NCBI GenBank assembly: GCA_030053915.1
Contig: JASGCT010000003.1
Location: 8,779 to 72,778, forward strand
Length of the DNA: 64,000 bases
Reading direction: 5' to 3'
DNA from: Alphaproteobacteria bacterium
GTDB taxonomy: Bacteria; Bacteroidota; Bacteroidia; Chitinophagales; Chitinophagaceae
Numbering within the stretch: the stretch's first letter is position 1; the number at the start of each line of letters is the position of its first letter. The position numbers were made by a program, and so were the translations under genes. Positions 28,205 to 38,024 of the stretch are shown piece by piece. Below the pieces are notes generated by a model. That model was not told the DNA's origin and did not search any database. It was given only the letters and a program-made list of their open reading frames with translations.

Positions 28205-28456
28205 ATGGTAAAATTTTTAAATATACTAAAAAAATTAATTGGCTATTGTTGTATAATAATAGCACCCTATATAATTTTTAAAATGGTTGATACGGCGTTC
28301 GATAAGGTTGTACATGCAGATGAAATCAATAAAACAAACCTTTTCTTACAATGGTTTATTATATTATTGGCGTTTGTTCCATGTTGCATAGGATTAATTA
28401 TTTTTGGATGGTATGCCATAACAGGTGTATTTCAAGAAGAAAATTCTCAAAGTTAA
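28205..28456 (+). CDS. small 2-TM membrane protein, function unknown
   Basis: 83 aa with two hydrophobic helices, 9 bp downstream of the MFS gene. Confidence 0.4.
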   Translation: MVKFLNILKKLIGYCCIIIAPYIIFKMVDTAFDKVVHADEINKTNLFLQWFIILLAFVPCCIGLIIFGWYAITGVFQEENSQS

Positions 28457-28495
28457 TTTATAAATGGGTGTGTTTAGAGGGTATAAGTAACATGA

Positions 28496-29245
28496 CTATT
28501 CATGGATTGGTAGAATGCAATGAGAAAGGATTATTCCGAGAGATATTGCGGCATTCAGCGAATCGGCTTGACCATGTTTTTTAATAGTAAGTCGGCGTTG
28601 AATAAAATTGGTATTGTGGGTACTAATACCATGACCTTCATTACCAATTACTAAAATACCCGGAGGTAATTGAAATTGCGTTTCAAGGATGTTTTCACCT
28701 TCTAAATAAGCCCCATAAATAGGTGTATTTGGATAATAGTTGTTTTTAAGGTTCGCTAAACTCGTGGTGATTGTTTTTATTCTTAAAAAACTTCCCATGG
28801 TACTTTGGATGGTTTTGGGGTTGTAAAACTGGGCGCATTGTTCGCTTAAAAACACATAATCTATACCAAACCAATCTGCAATTCTAATGATGGCACCCAC
28901 ATTTCCTGGATCTTGAATGCCATCTAAATAAAGAGCCCATTGATTATTTAAAGTCTTAGGCAATTCATAGTGCTTTTTTTCAATTAAAAATAAGATTCCT
29001 TGTGGTGCAGTTTGAAGACTTATTTGATTTAATAGGTTTGTATCAACAATTTTTACTAATTTTGCAAGTTCAATATTTTTTATGTTTAATTGGTTTGTGG
29101 TATAAATGGCTTTAATTTTAAAATTACTTTCTATTATTTCGTTTAATATTCGAAATCCTTCAGCTATAAAATCAGGCGCACTATCCCAGCCTTTTTTATG
29201 GCGAAATGCCTTCAAAAAATGGATTTCGTTTTTAGATAGAGACAT
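28496..29245 (-). CDS. TrmH/SpoU-family RNA 2'-O-methyltransferase
   Basis: 249 aa with DGIQDPGNVGAIIR, GNEGHGIS and SLNAAIS motifs. Confidence 0.8.
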   Translation of the reverse strand: MSLSKNEIHFLKAFRHKKGWDSAPDFIAEGFRILNEIIESNFKIKAIYTTNQLNIKNIELAKLVKIVDTNLLNQISLQTAPQGILFLIEKKHYELPKTLNNQWALYLDGIQDPGNVGAIIRIADWFGIDYVFLSEQCAQFYNPKTIQSTMGSFLRIKTITTSLANLKNNYYPNTPIYGAYLEGENILETQFQLPPGILVIGNEGHGISTHNTNFIQRRLTIKKHGQADSLNAAISLGIILSHCILPIHE

Positions 29246-31565
29246 GGTTATTTTAAAAGCAAAGTTACGCTATTTTTTAATATTAATTATATTTTTTACG
29301 ATTGGGTGTAGTCAATATAAAAAAATTACGCATAAGCATTATTTAAAAGGAGTCCCTTATGTATCTCAAAATAAAATTATAATGCAAGGCGATTCTCAAA
29401 ATAAAATATTAACAAACGAACTTTCGTCTTATTGGGACGATAGTCTTAAAGTAGTGCGAGAACGTTTTTTATTGTTTTTTAATCCTATCAAAAATACCAT
29501 AAAATTTGATTCTTCATATTTTTTAAATACTAAAAAAGTCATGAAAAATTATTTAAATGCTCATGGTTATTTTGAAGCATCTTTAAGCGATAGTTTTAGT
29601 ATAACAAACTATAAAAAAGAAAAAAGAGTCACCACGTATATAAAAATAAAATTAGGTGTTCCAACAAGAATTAGTAGCATACGTTATAGCTTTAAAGACA
29701 GTAGTTTAAATAATTTGATTCAAAAAAACAGTTACTATTCAAAGTTGAAAATACAGAATATTTTTGATAATCAGTTAATTTTAAATGAAATAGATAGGTT
29801 GTATATTCTGTTATTAAATAATGGATATGCTAAATTTCAGCGTGAAAATATTTTTGTAGAAGTAGATACCCTATCATCAGATATCGATACATCATCTAAG
29901 AAAAAAGAAGCAAAATTAAATTTTCTGTTAAGCCCATTTACAAATAATGAACAAACAAAAATTTTTTTTATTAGGAATCAATATTATTATCCAGATTTAT
30001 TACCTACCCAATTTTTAGATACTTTTTTGCCATATTCTTCGTGGCCTAATCAAAAAACAAATAAAAATTTTTATTTACGATCTACCTCCAATTTATTTAA
30101 ACTTAGCATCTTTAAAACACAAAGTTTGATGGCATTTGGGCGTCTTTATAAAGATAGTGCATTTAAAACAACGGTGTCAAATTTAAATTTACTAAATTGC
30201 TGGAGGCAAATTAATCCCAAATTTATATTTGACGGTGATAGCCTTGATTTTCATTTTTTTATGAGTGCAATTAAACCCAAAAGTTGGATTTTAGACTTGG
30301 AATTAAGTAATAATACTGGCACTTCGATTGATCCTTCGACGGCAAATTTATTAGGTGTAGGTACGAATATAACTTATAAAAACAAAAATTTTTTGAAAAG
30401 AGCTTATACCACAAATTTAAATTTTAAAATAGGTACTGAAATCAATATTAAATCGAACACAGCGGGGTTCTTAGTAAGTCAAACCTTTAATACATTATTA
30501 GGGTTTAATATTTTAATTCCTCGATTTATACTACCGTTTTCTATAAACCCAAACCTAAATTTGTTAAATAAAAAAACTTTTATTAATTTAAGTTTAGGTT
30601 ATACAGATAGGTACTCCTATTTTACATCTCAGGTAATTAGTGCAAATTTTGGATACGAATGGCGGTATCAAAAACCCAAAAATCAATTTTTGTTTGTCTA
30701 TCGTCCTTTGAATTTTGAAATTTATCAAATTAATAAAAGAGATAGCTTTTTACAGTTGTTAGCTGCCAATCCATTTTTGTTAGCCTCCTTTAATCAAGGA
30801 AATGTCATTGGGCAGAATTTTACAATGATCATAAATTTTAAAAAATCAACTGAAAATGTATCACAAACACTTCGATTTAATGTTGAAGAGTCTGGTTTAT
30901 TGCTAAATCTTTTTAAAAATACTAATAGCATCTATAAATTTATAAAGATTGATGCTGATTTTAGAATTATAAAATTATTACCTAAAGGGGAACTTGCTTA
31001 TAGATTAATTGGAGGTTATGGCTATAATTTTAATAGTCAATTTTTTACATTGCCTTTTTTTAAACAATATACTTCGGGAGGTGTAAATAGTATGAGGGGC
31101 TGGGTAGTTAGGCAATTAGGATTAGGGTCATCGATAACTCAAGACACAGTTGGTTTAAATTCTTACCGAGATCGTTTTGGTGATATTCAATTTGAAACCA
31201 ACTTAGAATATCGCTTTAAGATGTTTAAATTTGGCTCTGTAGAATTTAACTCTTGTTTATTTGTAGATATAGGTAATATTTGGAATTTAAAAAGTGCTGC
31301 CAATGATAAAAATTCTGTTTTTAATATTAGCCGATTGTTTCAAGATTTGGCTATTGCTGTCGGCACAGGCTTACGCATAGATTTAGCCAATTATTTAATC
31401 ATTCGGCTCGATTTTGGATTTAAACTAAAAGACCCAACCAGAACTTATAATAATGGTTGGATAGATATTTCAAATTTTAAATGGAATGAAACAAAATACA
31501 ACAGTGGGGGTAGTTTTAAAATAGATAATTTTGCTTTTCAACTTGGAATTGGGCTTCCATTTTAA
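29244..31565 (+). CDS. BamA/TamA (Omp85) family outer-membrane protein, lipoprotein-type signal
   Basis: Start moved to ATG 29244 (MVILKAKLRYFLILIIFFTIGCSQ). It has a C-terminal surface-antigen barrel (…GGVNSMRGW…, terminal …GIGLPF). The track start 29106 would overlap trmH by 140 bp. Confidence 0.65.
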   Translation: MVILKAKLRYFLILIIFFTIGCSQYKKITHKHYLKGVPYVSQNKIIMQGDSQNKILTNELSSYWDDSLKVVRERFLLFFNPIKNTIKFDSSYFLNTKKVMKNYLNAHGYFEASLSDSFSITNYKKEKRVTTYIKIKLGVPTRISSIRYSFKDSSLNNLIQKNSYYSKLKIQNIFDNQLILNEIDRLYILLLNNGYAKFQRENIFVEVDTLSSDIDTSSKKKEAKLNFLLSPFTNNEQTKIFFIRNQYYYPDLLPTQFLDTFLPYSSWPNQKTNKNFYLRSTSNLFKLSIFKTQSLMAFGRLYKDSAFKTTVSNLNLLNCWRQINPKFIFDGDSLDFHFFMSAIKPKSWILDLELSNNTGTSIDPSTANLLGVGTNITYKNKNFLKRAYTTNLNFKIGTEINIKSNTAGFLVSQTFNTLLGFNILIPRFILPFSINPNLNLLNKKTFINLSLGYTDRYSYFTSQVISANFGYEWRYQKPKNQFLFVYRPLNFEIYQINKRDSFLQLLAANPFLLASFNQGNVIGQNFTMIINFKKSTENVSQTLRFNVEESGLLLNLFKNTNSIYKFIKIDADFRIIKLLPKGELAYRLIGGYGYNFNSQFFTLPFFKQYTSGGVNSMRGWVVRQLGLGSSITQDTVGLNSYRDRFGDIQFETNLEYRFKMFKFGSVEFNSCLFVDIGNIWNLKSAANDKNSVFNISRLFQDLAIAVGTGLRIDLANYLIIRLDFGFKLKDPTRTYNNGWIDISNFKWNETKYNSGGSFKIDNFAFQLGIGLPF
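29260..29267 (-). promoter_or_regulatory. -7 box TAACTTTG for trmH-family gene, located inside the Omp85 coding sequence
   Basis: Matches TAnnTTTG on the minus strand, 14 nt upstream of start 29245. Confidence 0.4.
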
Positions 31566-31647
31566 AAATTACTTAATTTAACAATAAAATTTCAAATAAA
31601 ACGTTAAATAATTATCAAACAAACGTTAAAATTCGAAAAAAAATGAA

Positions 31648-33717
31648 ATGAACAATCAAAGGAGAGATAAAGTAATTCAATTAATTATTATTTCATTATT
31701 TTCAATAACATTTTTACAATTATTTAATTTACAAATTTTAAATAAGAAGTATAAAGTTGCCGCTGAAACTAATTCAATTTTTTTAAAAGTAATTTATCCT
31801 GATAGAGGTATTATATATGATAAGAATAAAAAAAGCCTTTTAGAAAATAAAGTGAGTTGCGATTTAATTGTTACGCCAAGTGACGTTAAAATGTTAGATA
31901 CCCATTTATTTTGCGATATTCTTCATATTTCAATTCAAGAATTTAAAAAAAGAATGAACGATTTAATTTATAAAAACACGTATGTTAAACCAAGTGTATT
32001 TGAGGGGGTTTTATCGAATGAAATACATGCGCAACTTTTAGAAAATATTTATAAATTTAACGGGTTTAGTTTATCGCAACGTGCTGTTCGCTTTTACCCA
32101 TCAAACGCTGGTGCGCATTTATTAGGGTATTTGGGCGAAGTAGATAGTATTTATTTAAGAAAAAATAAAAATGATGGCTATGAAATGGGCGATTATATTG
32201 GCGTTAGTGGGTTAGAAAAACAATACGAAAAAACACTCATGGGACAAAAAGGTATCAATAGATTATTACGTGATAATAAAGGAAGACTTCAAGGAAAATA
32301 CGAAAATGGTATCTATGACACATTGCCAACATCTGGAAGAAATATTTATACAGGTGTTGATATTGGGGTACAGGTAATTGCTGAAAAACTTTTAGAAAAT
32401 AAAATTGGAAGTGTTGTGGCTATTGACCCTAAAACAGGACTTATTATAGCGCTAGCTAGTAGTCCTAATTTTAACCCCAATGCTCTAATAGGACCTAACC
32501 GCAGAAAAGCCTTTGTGAGCATGCTTTATGATACTTCTAAACCTCTTTATAACCGTTCAATTAAAGGCATGTACCCACCTGGGTCAACATTCAAACCACT
32601 TGGCGGATTAATTGGTCTTGCCGAACATGTGATTACACCAGACTGGGGCTATCCTTGTAATGGTAATTATAATGGTTGCGGTGATCCACGAAATTGTGAA
32701 CATAAAAATGTAGGCCATGCTAATAATCTTGTACAAGCAATTGCCAATTCTTGTAACTCGTACTTTCTGCAAGTTTTTAGAAATACCTTAGACAATAATA
32801 AATTTAGTAGCGTTCTAAAAGGCTATGAAAATTGGGCAACTAAAGTAAGAGAATTTGGCTTAGGTGAATATACTCATGTTGATATCCCCGGTGAAAATAA
32901 AGGAAATATTTATACCTCAAGCCAATATGTTCAAGATTTTAAAACCACTGATTGGAGTAGTTGCTATCTTTTAACTTTAGGGATTGGGCAAGACCGCATG
33001 ACGATGACGCCAATACAATTAGCAAAAATGGTTACTATAATTGCTAATGAAGGATATTATTATGACCCTCATTTTGTAGATGATATCCAAAATCCAACCC
33101 CAGCTGAACAACAAATATTGAAAAATTTAAAAACAAAACATATTATACATGATATTCCCAAAGAAGACTATTATCCTATAATTGAGGGGATGTACGAAGT
33201 TACACAAACCGGAACATCGTCTTTTATAAAAATACCCGGTATTCAATATTGTGCTAAAACAGGTACTGCGCAGAACCCGCATGGAAAAAACCATTCGATT
33301 TTTATTTGCTTTGCTCCTAAAGACGACCCTAAAATTGTTGTTGCCGTGGTAGTTGAAAACGCTGGTTTTGGTTCTACTTGGGCTGGACCAATTGGCTCTT
33401 TCATAATGGAAAAATACTTAAATGATACGATAGCTACCAGTAGAATGGCTACTTTTAATGATATTTCAAATAAAAACTTAATACCTGACTTGATTTATAA
33501 AAAAATGATTAATAAAGATAACTCTCAATTTTATAAAGATATTCAAAATAAAAATACTTTTTATATAAGCGAAGCACCTATTGATAGTTTAAAAGTCCAA
33601 ATTCCTCATATTGACATTAAAAAAAAGGTAACTATCAAAAAAAATGAAAAAACTAAAAATAATTCAAATAAATCCACTAAATCAAAACTAAATTCTAAAG
33701 GGAATGCCAAAAAATAA
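31648..33717 (+). CDS. mrdA: penicillin-binding protein 2 (elongasome transpeptidase) with K/N-rich C-terminal tail
   Basis: 689 aa with an N-terminal TM and the SxxK (GSTFKP), SxN (NSCNSY) and KTG (AKTGTA) motifs. It lies upstream of rodA. Confidence 0.85.
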   Translation: MNNQRRDKVIQLIIISLFSITFLQLFNLQILNKKYKVAAETNSIFLKVIYPDRGIIYDKNKKSLLENKVSCDLIVTPSDVKMLDTHLFCDILHISIQEFKKRMNDLIYKNTYVKPSVFEGVLSNEIHAQLLENIYKFNGFSLSQRAVRFYPSNAGAHLLGYLGEVDSIYLRKNKNDGYEMGDYIGVSGLEKQYEKTLMGQKGINRLLRDNKGRLQGKYENGIYDTLPTSGRNIYTGVDIGVQVIAEKLLENKIGSVVAIDPKTGLIIALASSPNFNPNALIGPNRRKAFVSMLYDTSKPLYNRSIKGMYPPGSTFKPLGGLIGLAEHVITPDWGYPCNGNYNGCGDPRNCEHKNVGHANNLVQAIANSCNSYFLQVFRNTLDNNKFSSVLKGYENWATKVREFGLGEYTHVDIPGENKGNIYTSSQYVQDFKTTDWSSCYLLTLGIGQDRMTMTPIQLAKMVTIIANEGYYYDPHFVDDIQNPTPAEQQILKNLKTKHIIHDIPKEDYYPIIEGMYEVTQTGTSSFIKIPGIQYCAKTGTAQNPHGKNHSIFICFAPKDDPKIVVAVVVENAGFGSTWAGPIGSFIMEKYLNDTIATSRMATFNDISNKNLIPDLIYKKMINKDNSQFYKDIQNKNTFYISEAPIDSLKVQIPHIDIKKKVTIKKNEKTKNNSNKSTKSKLNSKGNAKK

Positions 33718-33764
33718 AATGTGCTTTTTGTTACAAATAATTAAAATTAATTAAATAAATTACA

Positions 33765-35108
33765 ATGACCTTACAAGAAAAAAAAATATTTTTTGACATT
33801 GATAAAACAATATTGTTTTTATATCTTTGTTTAATTTTTATAGGGTTAACTGCTGTATTTATTGTAGAACATAATGCAAATACCTCTTTTTTTAGTACTT
33901 TATTTTCATTTAATAATAATTTTTCTAAACAATTTTATTTTATTATTTTCAGTTTTATTATTGCCTTTATAATAATTTTAGTAGAAAGTAATTTAATTGT
34001 TAGTTTTGCCTACCTTAGTTATGGCATTGGGTTATTTTTAATGATATTAACTTTTGTAATTGGAGAAAATATTAACGGTTCAAATAGCTGGATTTCTATA
34101 GGAGGAGTCCTTAATTTACAACCAGCCGAACTTTGTAAAGTATTTACCTCGTTAGCCTTAGCAAAATACTATTCATCAATGACTCATAATGCTAATAAAA
34201 AAGAGGGTATCAAAATGATTGCCCTTATCATTGTTTTTATACCTGCTATATTATCTATACTGCAGCACGAATTAGGTCAAGCAATCATCTATTTGTCGTT
34301 TATGATAGCACTTTATCGCGAAGGATTCCCAGCCTCTATTTTAATTGTTAGTATTTGCTTTGCGATACTTGTTTTAGCCTCGTTAATTATTGAGCCCAAT
34401 ACCTTAGTTATTTCTCTAATAGGAATTGCCTTATTTTTCTTTTTTTTTAATTTAAAAAAAATTAAAAAAAACAAAAAACTTGGTTGGATTATAGCAATAA
34501 TTTTAATCTTTAGCGTATTTATTCAAAGATTTACCGTGCCTTATATCTTTAATAATTTATTAGAATGTTATCAAAGTACAAGAATTTATAGCCTTATCGG
34601 AAAAGATTACGACTGTACACAAAATAAAAAACGTATATCAAAAGATTTAAAATTAGTATCTCGAAAACCCGATGATTACAACGTTAGGCAAAGTATGATT
34701 GCGGTTGGTTCCGGTGGATTCTTAGGTAAAGGATTGTTTAAAAGCACGCAAACTAAAGGTAAATATGTACCAGCTCAACATACCGACTTTATCTTTACGT
34801 CAATCGGTGAAGCCTTTGGGTTTTTGGGGTGTTCTATCTTCTTAATAATATATTTAACCTTTATCTTAAGATTATTAAATATTGCCGAATCCCAAAGAAG
34901 TACTTTTGCAAGGGTTTATGGTTATAGCATCGTTGGCTTCTTTTTTATGCAATTTGCTATTAATGTTAATATGACTATTGGATTATTTCCGGTTATTGGA
35001 ATAACACTTCCGTTTATAAGTTACGGCGGCTCATCCTTATTTACTTTTACAATATTATTGTTTATATTGTTGAAATTTGATATTGATAAACAAAAAGTTT
35101 TTAGATAA
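33765..35108 (+). CDS. rodA: rod shape-determining protein RodA (SEDS family)
   Basis: 447 aa, multi-TM, with SEDS strings …QPAELCK…, TDFIF and LPFISYGGSS. Confidence 0.85.
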   Translation: MTLQEKKIFFDIDKTILFLYLCLIFIGLTAVFIVEHNANTSFFSTLFSFNNNFSKQFYFIIFSFIIAFIIILVESNLIVSFAYLSYGIGLFLMILTFVIGENINGSNSWISIGGVLNLQPAELCKVFTSLALAKYYSSMTHNANKKEGIKMIALIIVFIPAILSILQHELGQAIIYLSFMIALYREGFPASILIVSICFAILVLASLIIEPNTLVISLIGIALFFFFFNLKKIKKNKKLGWIIAIILIFSVFIQRFTVPYIFNNLLECYQSTRIYSLIGKDYDCTQNKKRISKDLKLVSRKPDDYNVRQSMIAVGSGGFLGKGLFKSTQTKGKYVPAQHTDFIFTSIGEAFGFLGCSIFLIIYLTFILRLLNIAESQRSTFARVYGYSIVGFFFMQFAINVNMTIGLFPVIGITLPFISYGGSSLFTFTILLFILLKFDIDKQKVFR

Positions 35109-35111
35109 ATT

Positions 35112-35840
35112 ATGGAAATATTTCCACTTTTTGAAGGAGAATATTGGGTAGATAATAACAAAATATTTACACCAATAGATTTAAATACAACAAGTATAGA
35201 ACCCGTAAAAAATGCTATTAAAGTTGCTATCAAGCCTTTTTTAATTAAACATAAACAGCACCTTATACTATGTGACCTTGGTTTAGGATTTAAAAATAAA
35301 AATAACACATTAAATATTGTAGAAAATTTGCAAAAATTAAATATACAGCCTCATGATATTACTATGGTGCTTCTCTCACATTTACATAAAGACCATTGTT
35401 CTGGACTTTTTACGAATCTTGAAACCGATAGCCAACTTACTTTTTTTAATGCAAAACATTATATTCATCGTCAAGAATTTCACTATGCTTTAAATACTGC
35501 ACCAGAAAAATATCCGCATGTAATTATCCAAAATCTTTTAAAAATTGAATCCCAAATATCGTGGCTTGAACAAGATTCTGGTTGGATAGACGATTTTATT
35601 TATTATGAAATATCTGGAGGTCATTGCCCATACCACCAGGTTTTTAAAGTATTTGATACAAACAAAAATATTGTTTTTTTTGGAGGCGATGAACTCCCAC
35701 AATATAAGTTTTTATTATATAAAATTAAAACCTTCTACGATTTTGACCCCATAAAATCTATGCATTTAAGATCGCAATGGGCTAAAATAGGAGAATTAGA
35801 AAATTGGAAATTTCTTTACTATCATGATGCCGTGTTTTAA
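35112..35840 (+). CDS. MBL-fold metallo-hydrolase
   Basis: 242 aa with the HxHxDH motif (SHLHKDHCSG). Confidence 0.6.
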   Translation: MEIFPLFEGEYWVDNNKIFTPIDLNTTSIEPVKNAIKVAIKPFLIKHKQHLILCDLGLGFKNKNNTLNIVENLQKLNIQPHDITMVLLSHLHKDHCSGLFTNLETDSQLTFFNAKHYIHRQEFHYALNTAPEKYPHVIIQNLLKIESQISWLEQDSGWIDDFIYYEISGGHCPYHQVFKVFDTNKNIVFFGGDELPQYKFLLYKIKTFYDFDPIKSMHLRSQWAKIGELENWKFLYYHDAVF

Positions 35841-35997
35841 TTTTTAAATCTCTAACTATCTAATATTAAATTACATAATTTTAATAGGTATCATTTACCA
35901 ACTTTGGAGTCAATTAAAACAAATATTTTAAAAATCTAATCAAAAATCAAGTTTAAAAAGATATTGACAAATTCTACGATTACATAATATTTTTTTG

Positions 35998-36005
35998 TAC
36001 CTTTG
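35998..36005 (+). promoter_or_regulatory. -7 box TACCTTTG for the hydrolase-DinB-NRDE-ATP-grasp operon
   Basis: Matches TAnnTTTG, 20 nt upstream of ATG 36026. Confidence 0.5.
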
Positions 36006-36025
36006 TATCCTATTAAAATTAAATT

Positions 36026-36790
36026 ATGAATTTTAAAAATTATTTATTGTTAATTGTATTATGTATCTTTATACAAGTTACATGTTTTTGCCAAAATACT
36101 TTTGTAATTGTTCATGGTGCATGGGGTAATACTGCAGATTGGAAAACAGTGGATTCGCTTTTAACAATTCAGGGAAATAAAGTATATCGCGTAACTTTAA
36201 GCGGACTGGGTTCTAATTTTCATGCCATTAACCGAAATATAGGATTGGCTACCCACATCTTAGACGTAACTCATTTTATTCAATTCGAAAATCTTGATAA
36301 TGTTGTTCTAATTGGACATAGTTATGGAGGTATGATAATAACTGGTGTAGCCGATTTGATTCCTGAAAGAATTAAATCATTAGTTTATATTGATGCCCTA
36401 TTACCAAAATCTGGAGAATCTTTAAGTTCTGCGTTTGGTAACGATCCAGCTAAAGTAAGGAAAGAGTATATCGAACGAAACAAAACCGATTCTGTAGATA
36501 TACCAAGATGGGTTAAGGATTCCGACCCGTATCCTAAAGATGTTCCACAGCCTCAGAACACATTTTTTGACCCACTCATTTTAAAAAACCCACTTGCCGA
36601 AAAAATTCCCGGTATTTTTGTATTTACAGTGGATAAAGATAAAACTCCTCAAGAAGATAGGTTTTATAGGTTTTATCTTAGGGCACAAGAAAAAAAATAT
36701 ACTTTAATAGAAATGCTTAATACATCGCATTCACCTAACCGAGACAGACCCATAGAATTAGTAAATTTAATAATCAAAAACCTAAAATAA
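36026..36790 (+). CDS. secreted alpha/beta-hydrolase (esterase-like)
   Basis: 254 aa with a signal peptide, FVIVHGAWG, and the nucleophile elbow GHSYGG. Confidence 0.65.
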   Translation: MNFKNYLLLIVLCIFIQVTCFCQNTFVIVHGAWGNTADWKTVDSLLTIQGNKVYRVTLSGLGSNFHAINRNIGLATHILDVTHFIQFENLDNVVLIGHSYGGMIITGVADLIPERIKSLVYIDALLPKSGESLSSAFGNDPAKVRKEYIERNKTDSVDIPRWVKDSDPYPKDVPQPQNTFFDPLILKNPLAEKIPGIFVFTVDKDKTPQEDRFYRFYLRAQEKKYTLIEMLNTSHSPNRDRPIELVNLIIKNLK

Positions 36791-36795
36791 TTAAC

Positions 36796-37290
36796 ATGAC
36801 AATAATCTATAAACAAATTCAAGACCAACTTAATGAACTAAATAATACCATAACTCAATTAGATATAAGCCAAATTTCACAACCATTACATTATTTGCAT
36901 AATGCCACCCTTGGTCAACATGTACGACATATTCTGGAAATGTTACAATGCTTATTAAATGGATATGAATCTGGTTGTATTGACTATATTAACAGAACTA
37001 GAAATCTTAATTTAGAGTCTAATAAAACTCTTGTCTTAGAAACTATACAAACTATTAAAATTAGCTTTATTAAACCTAATAAAGATCTTAAAATTAAAAT
37101 AACTGAAATGCATTCAAACATAGAAGAATATATTGAAACAAATTTTGAACGCGAATTATTATGGCAATTAGATCATATTATACATCATCTCGCCATGTTT
37201 AAGGTAGGACTCATAGAGCTTAATATACCTTTAGAAAACAATTTTTTAGGCGTTGCTTATTCTACTATGCAGTATAAAAAAGGACACTAA
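36796..37290 (+). CDS. DinB-like four-helix-bundle protein (tentative)
   Basis: 164 aa with His-rich helices GQHVRHILE and LDHIIHHL, reminiscent of the DinB/YfiT metal triad. Confidence 0.4.
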   Translation: MTIIYKQIQDQLNELNNTITQLDISQISQPLHYLHNATLGQHVRHILEMLQCLLNGYESGCIDYINRTRNLNLESNKTLVLETIQTIKISFIKPNKDLKIKITEMHSNIEEYIETNFERELLWQLDHIIHHLAMFKVGLIELNIPLENNFLGVAYSTMQYKKGH

Positions 37291-37295
37291 ATAGT

Positions 37296-38024
37296 ATGTG
37301 TACCGTATTATTCATTCCTTCCCCAAGTGGATATTTTTTAAGTTCAAATCGTGATGAAGATCCCAGCCGAGGCATCGATACCACACTTCAATATTTCTCA
37401 GAAAATAATTATGAAATATTAAGTCCAATTTCACTTAAAGCATTGAATAACAATAATAATAGAGTGTCTTGGATTGCTGCTAATCATAAACAATCTGTTT
37501 TTATTTTACTTAACGGGGGTTTTGTAAATCATGTTAAAAAACCCAATTATCGTGCATCTCGCGGAACCATTATTGAAGACATTGTATCGCAACGTAACCC
37601 TTTAGATTTTTTAAAAAAAATTGATTTAGATCAAATAGAACCCTTTCGTTTAGTAATTGTATTTGAAAACTTATTATACGAATTTATTTGGACAGGCAAC
37701 AATAAATATTTTAATAAACTACCAAATACTAAACCTTATATTTGGTCATCGGCAACTTTATATTCCCCAGATATAAAACAATATCGAACCCAATTATTTG
37801 AAAATTATCTTAACAATCATGATATCAATAATTATGAAACTCTTTTAGATTTTTTTAATACGTATATCAACGATGAAAACGGATTTTTATTAAATAGAAA
37901 TAACCTTGTTAAAACCATAAGTATTAGTATGATTACCATAGAACCCAATTCCGTCTGTTTTGAATATAAAAATCTTCTCAATACATCGCTTAATAAAACC
38001 TTAAACTTACCTCAAGTGTTATGA
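37296..38024 (+). CDS. NRDE family protein (TANGO2/DUF833-like)
   Basis: 242 aa. It starts with MCT and contains the literal NRDE motif (SSNRDEDPSR). Confidence 0.7.
   Translation: MCTVLFIPSPSGYFLSSNRDEDPSRGIDTTLQYFSENNYEILSPISLKALNNNNNRVSWIAANHKQSVFILLNGGFVNHVKKPNYRASRGTIIEDIVSQRNPLDFLKKIDLDQIEPFRLVIVFENLLYEFIWTGNNKYFNKLPNTKPYIWSSATLYSPDIKQYRTQLFENYLNNHDINNYETLLDFFNTYINDENGFLLNRNNLVKTISISMITIEPNSVCFEYKNLLNTSLNKTLNLPQVL

Noticed and set aside
26449-28500. Possibility that tRNA-Ser marks an integrated island, given the pseudogene directly downstream.
   Set aside because: There is no integrase or recombinase. I saw no direct repeat of the tRNA 3' end downstream. The neighbouring genes are ordinary transporter and housekeeping types.
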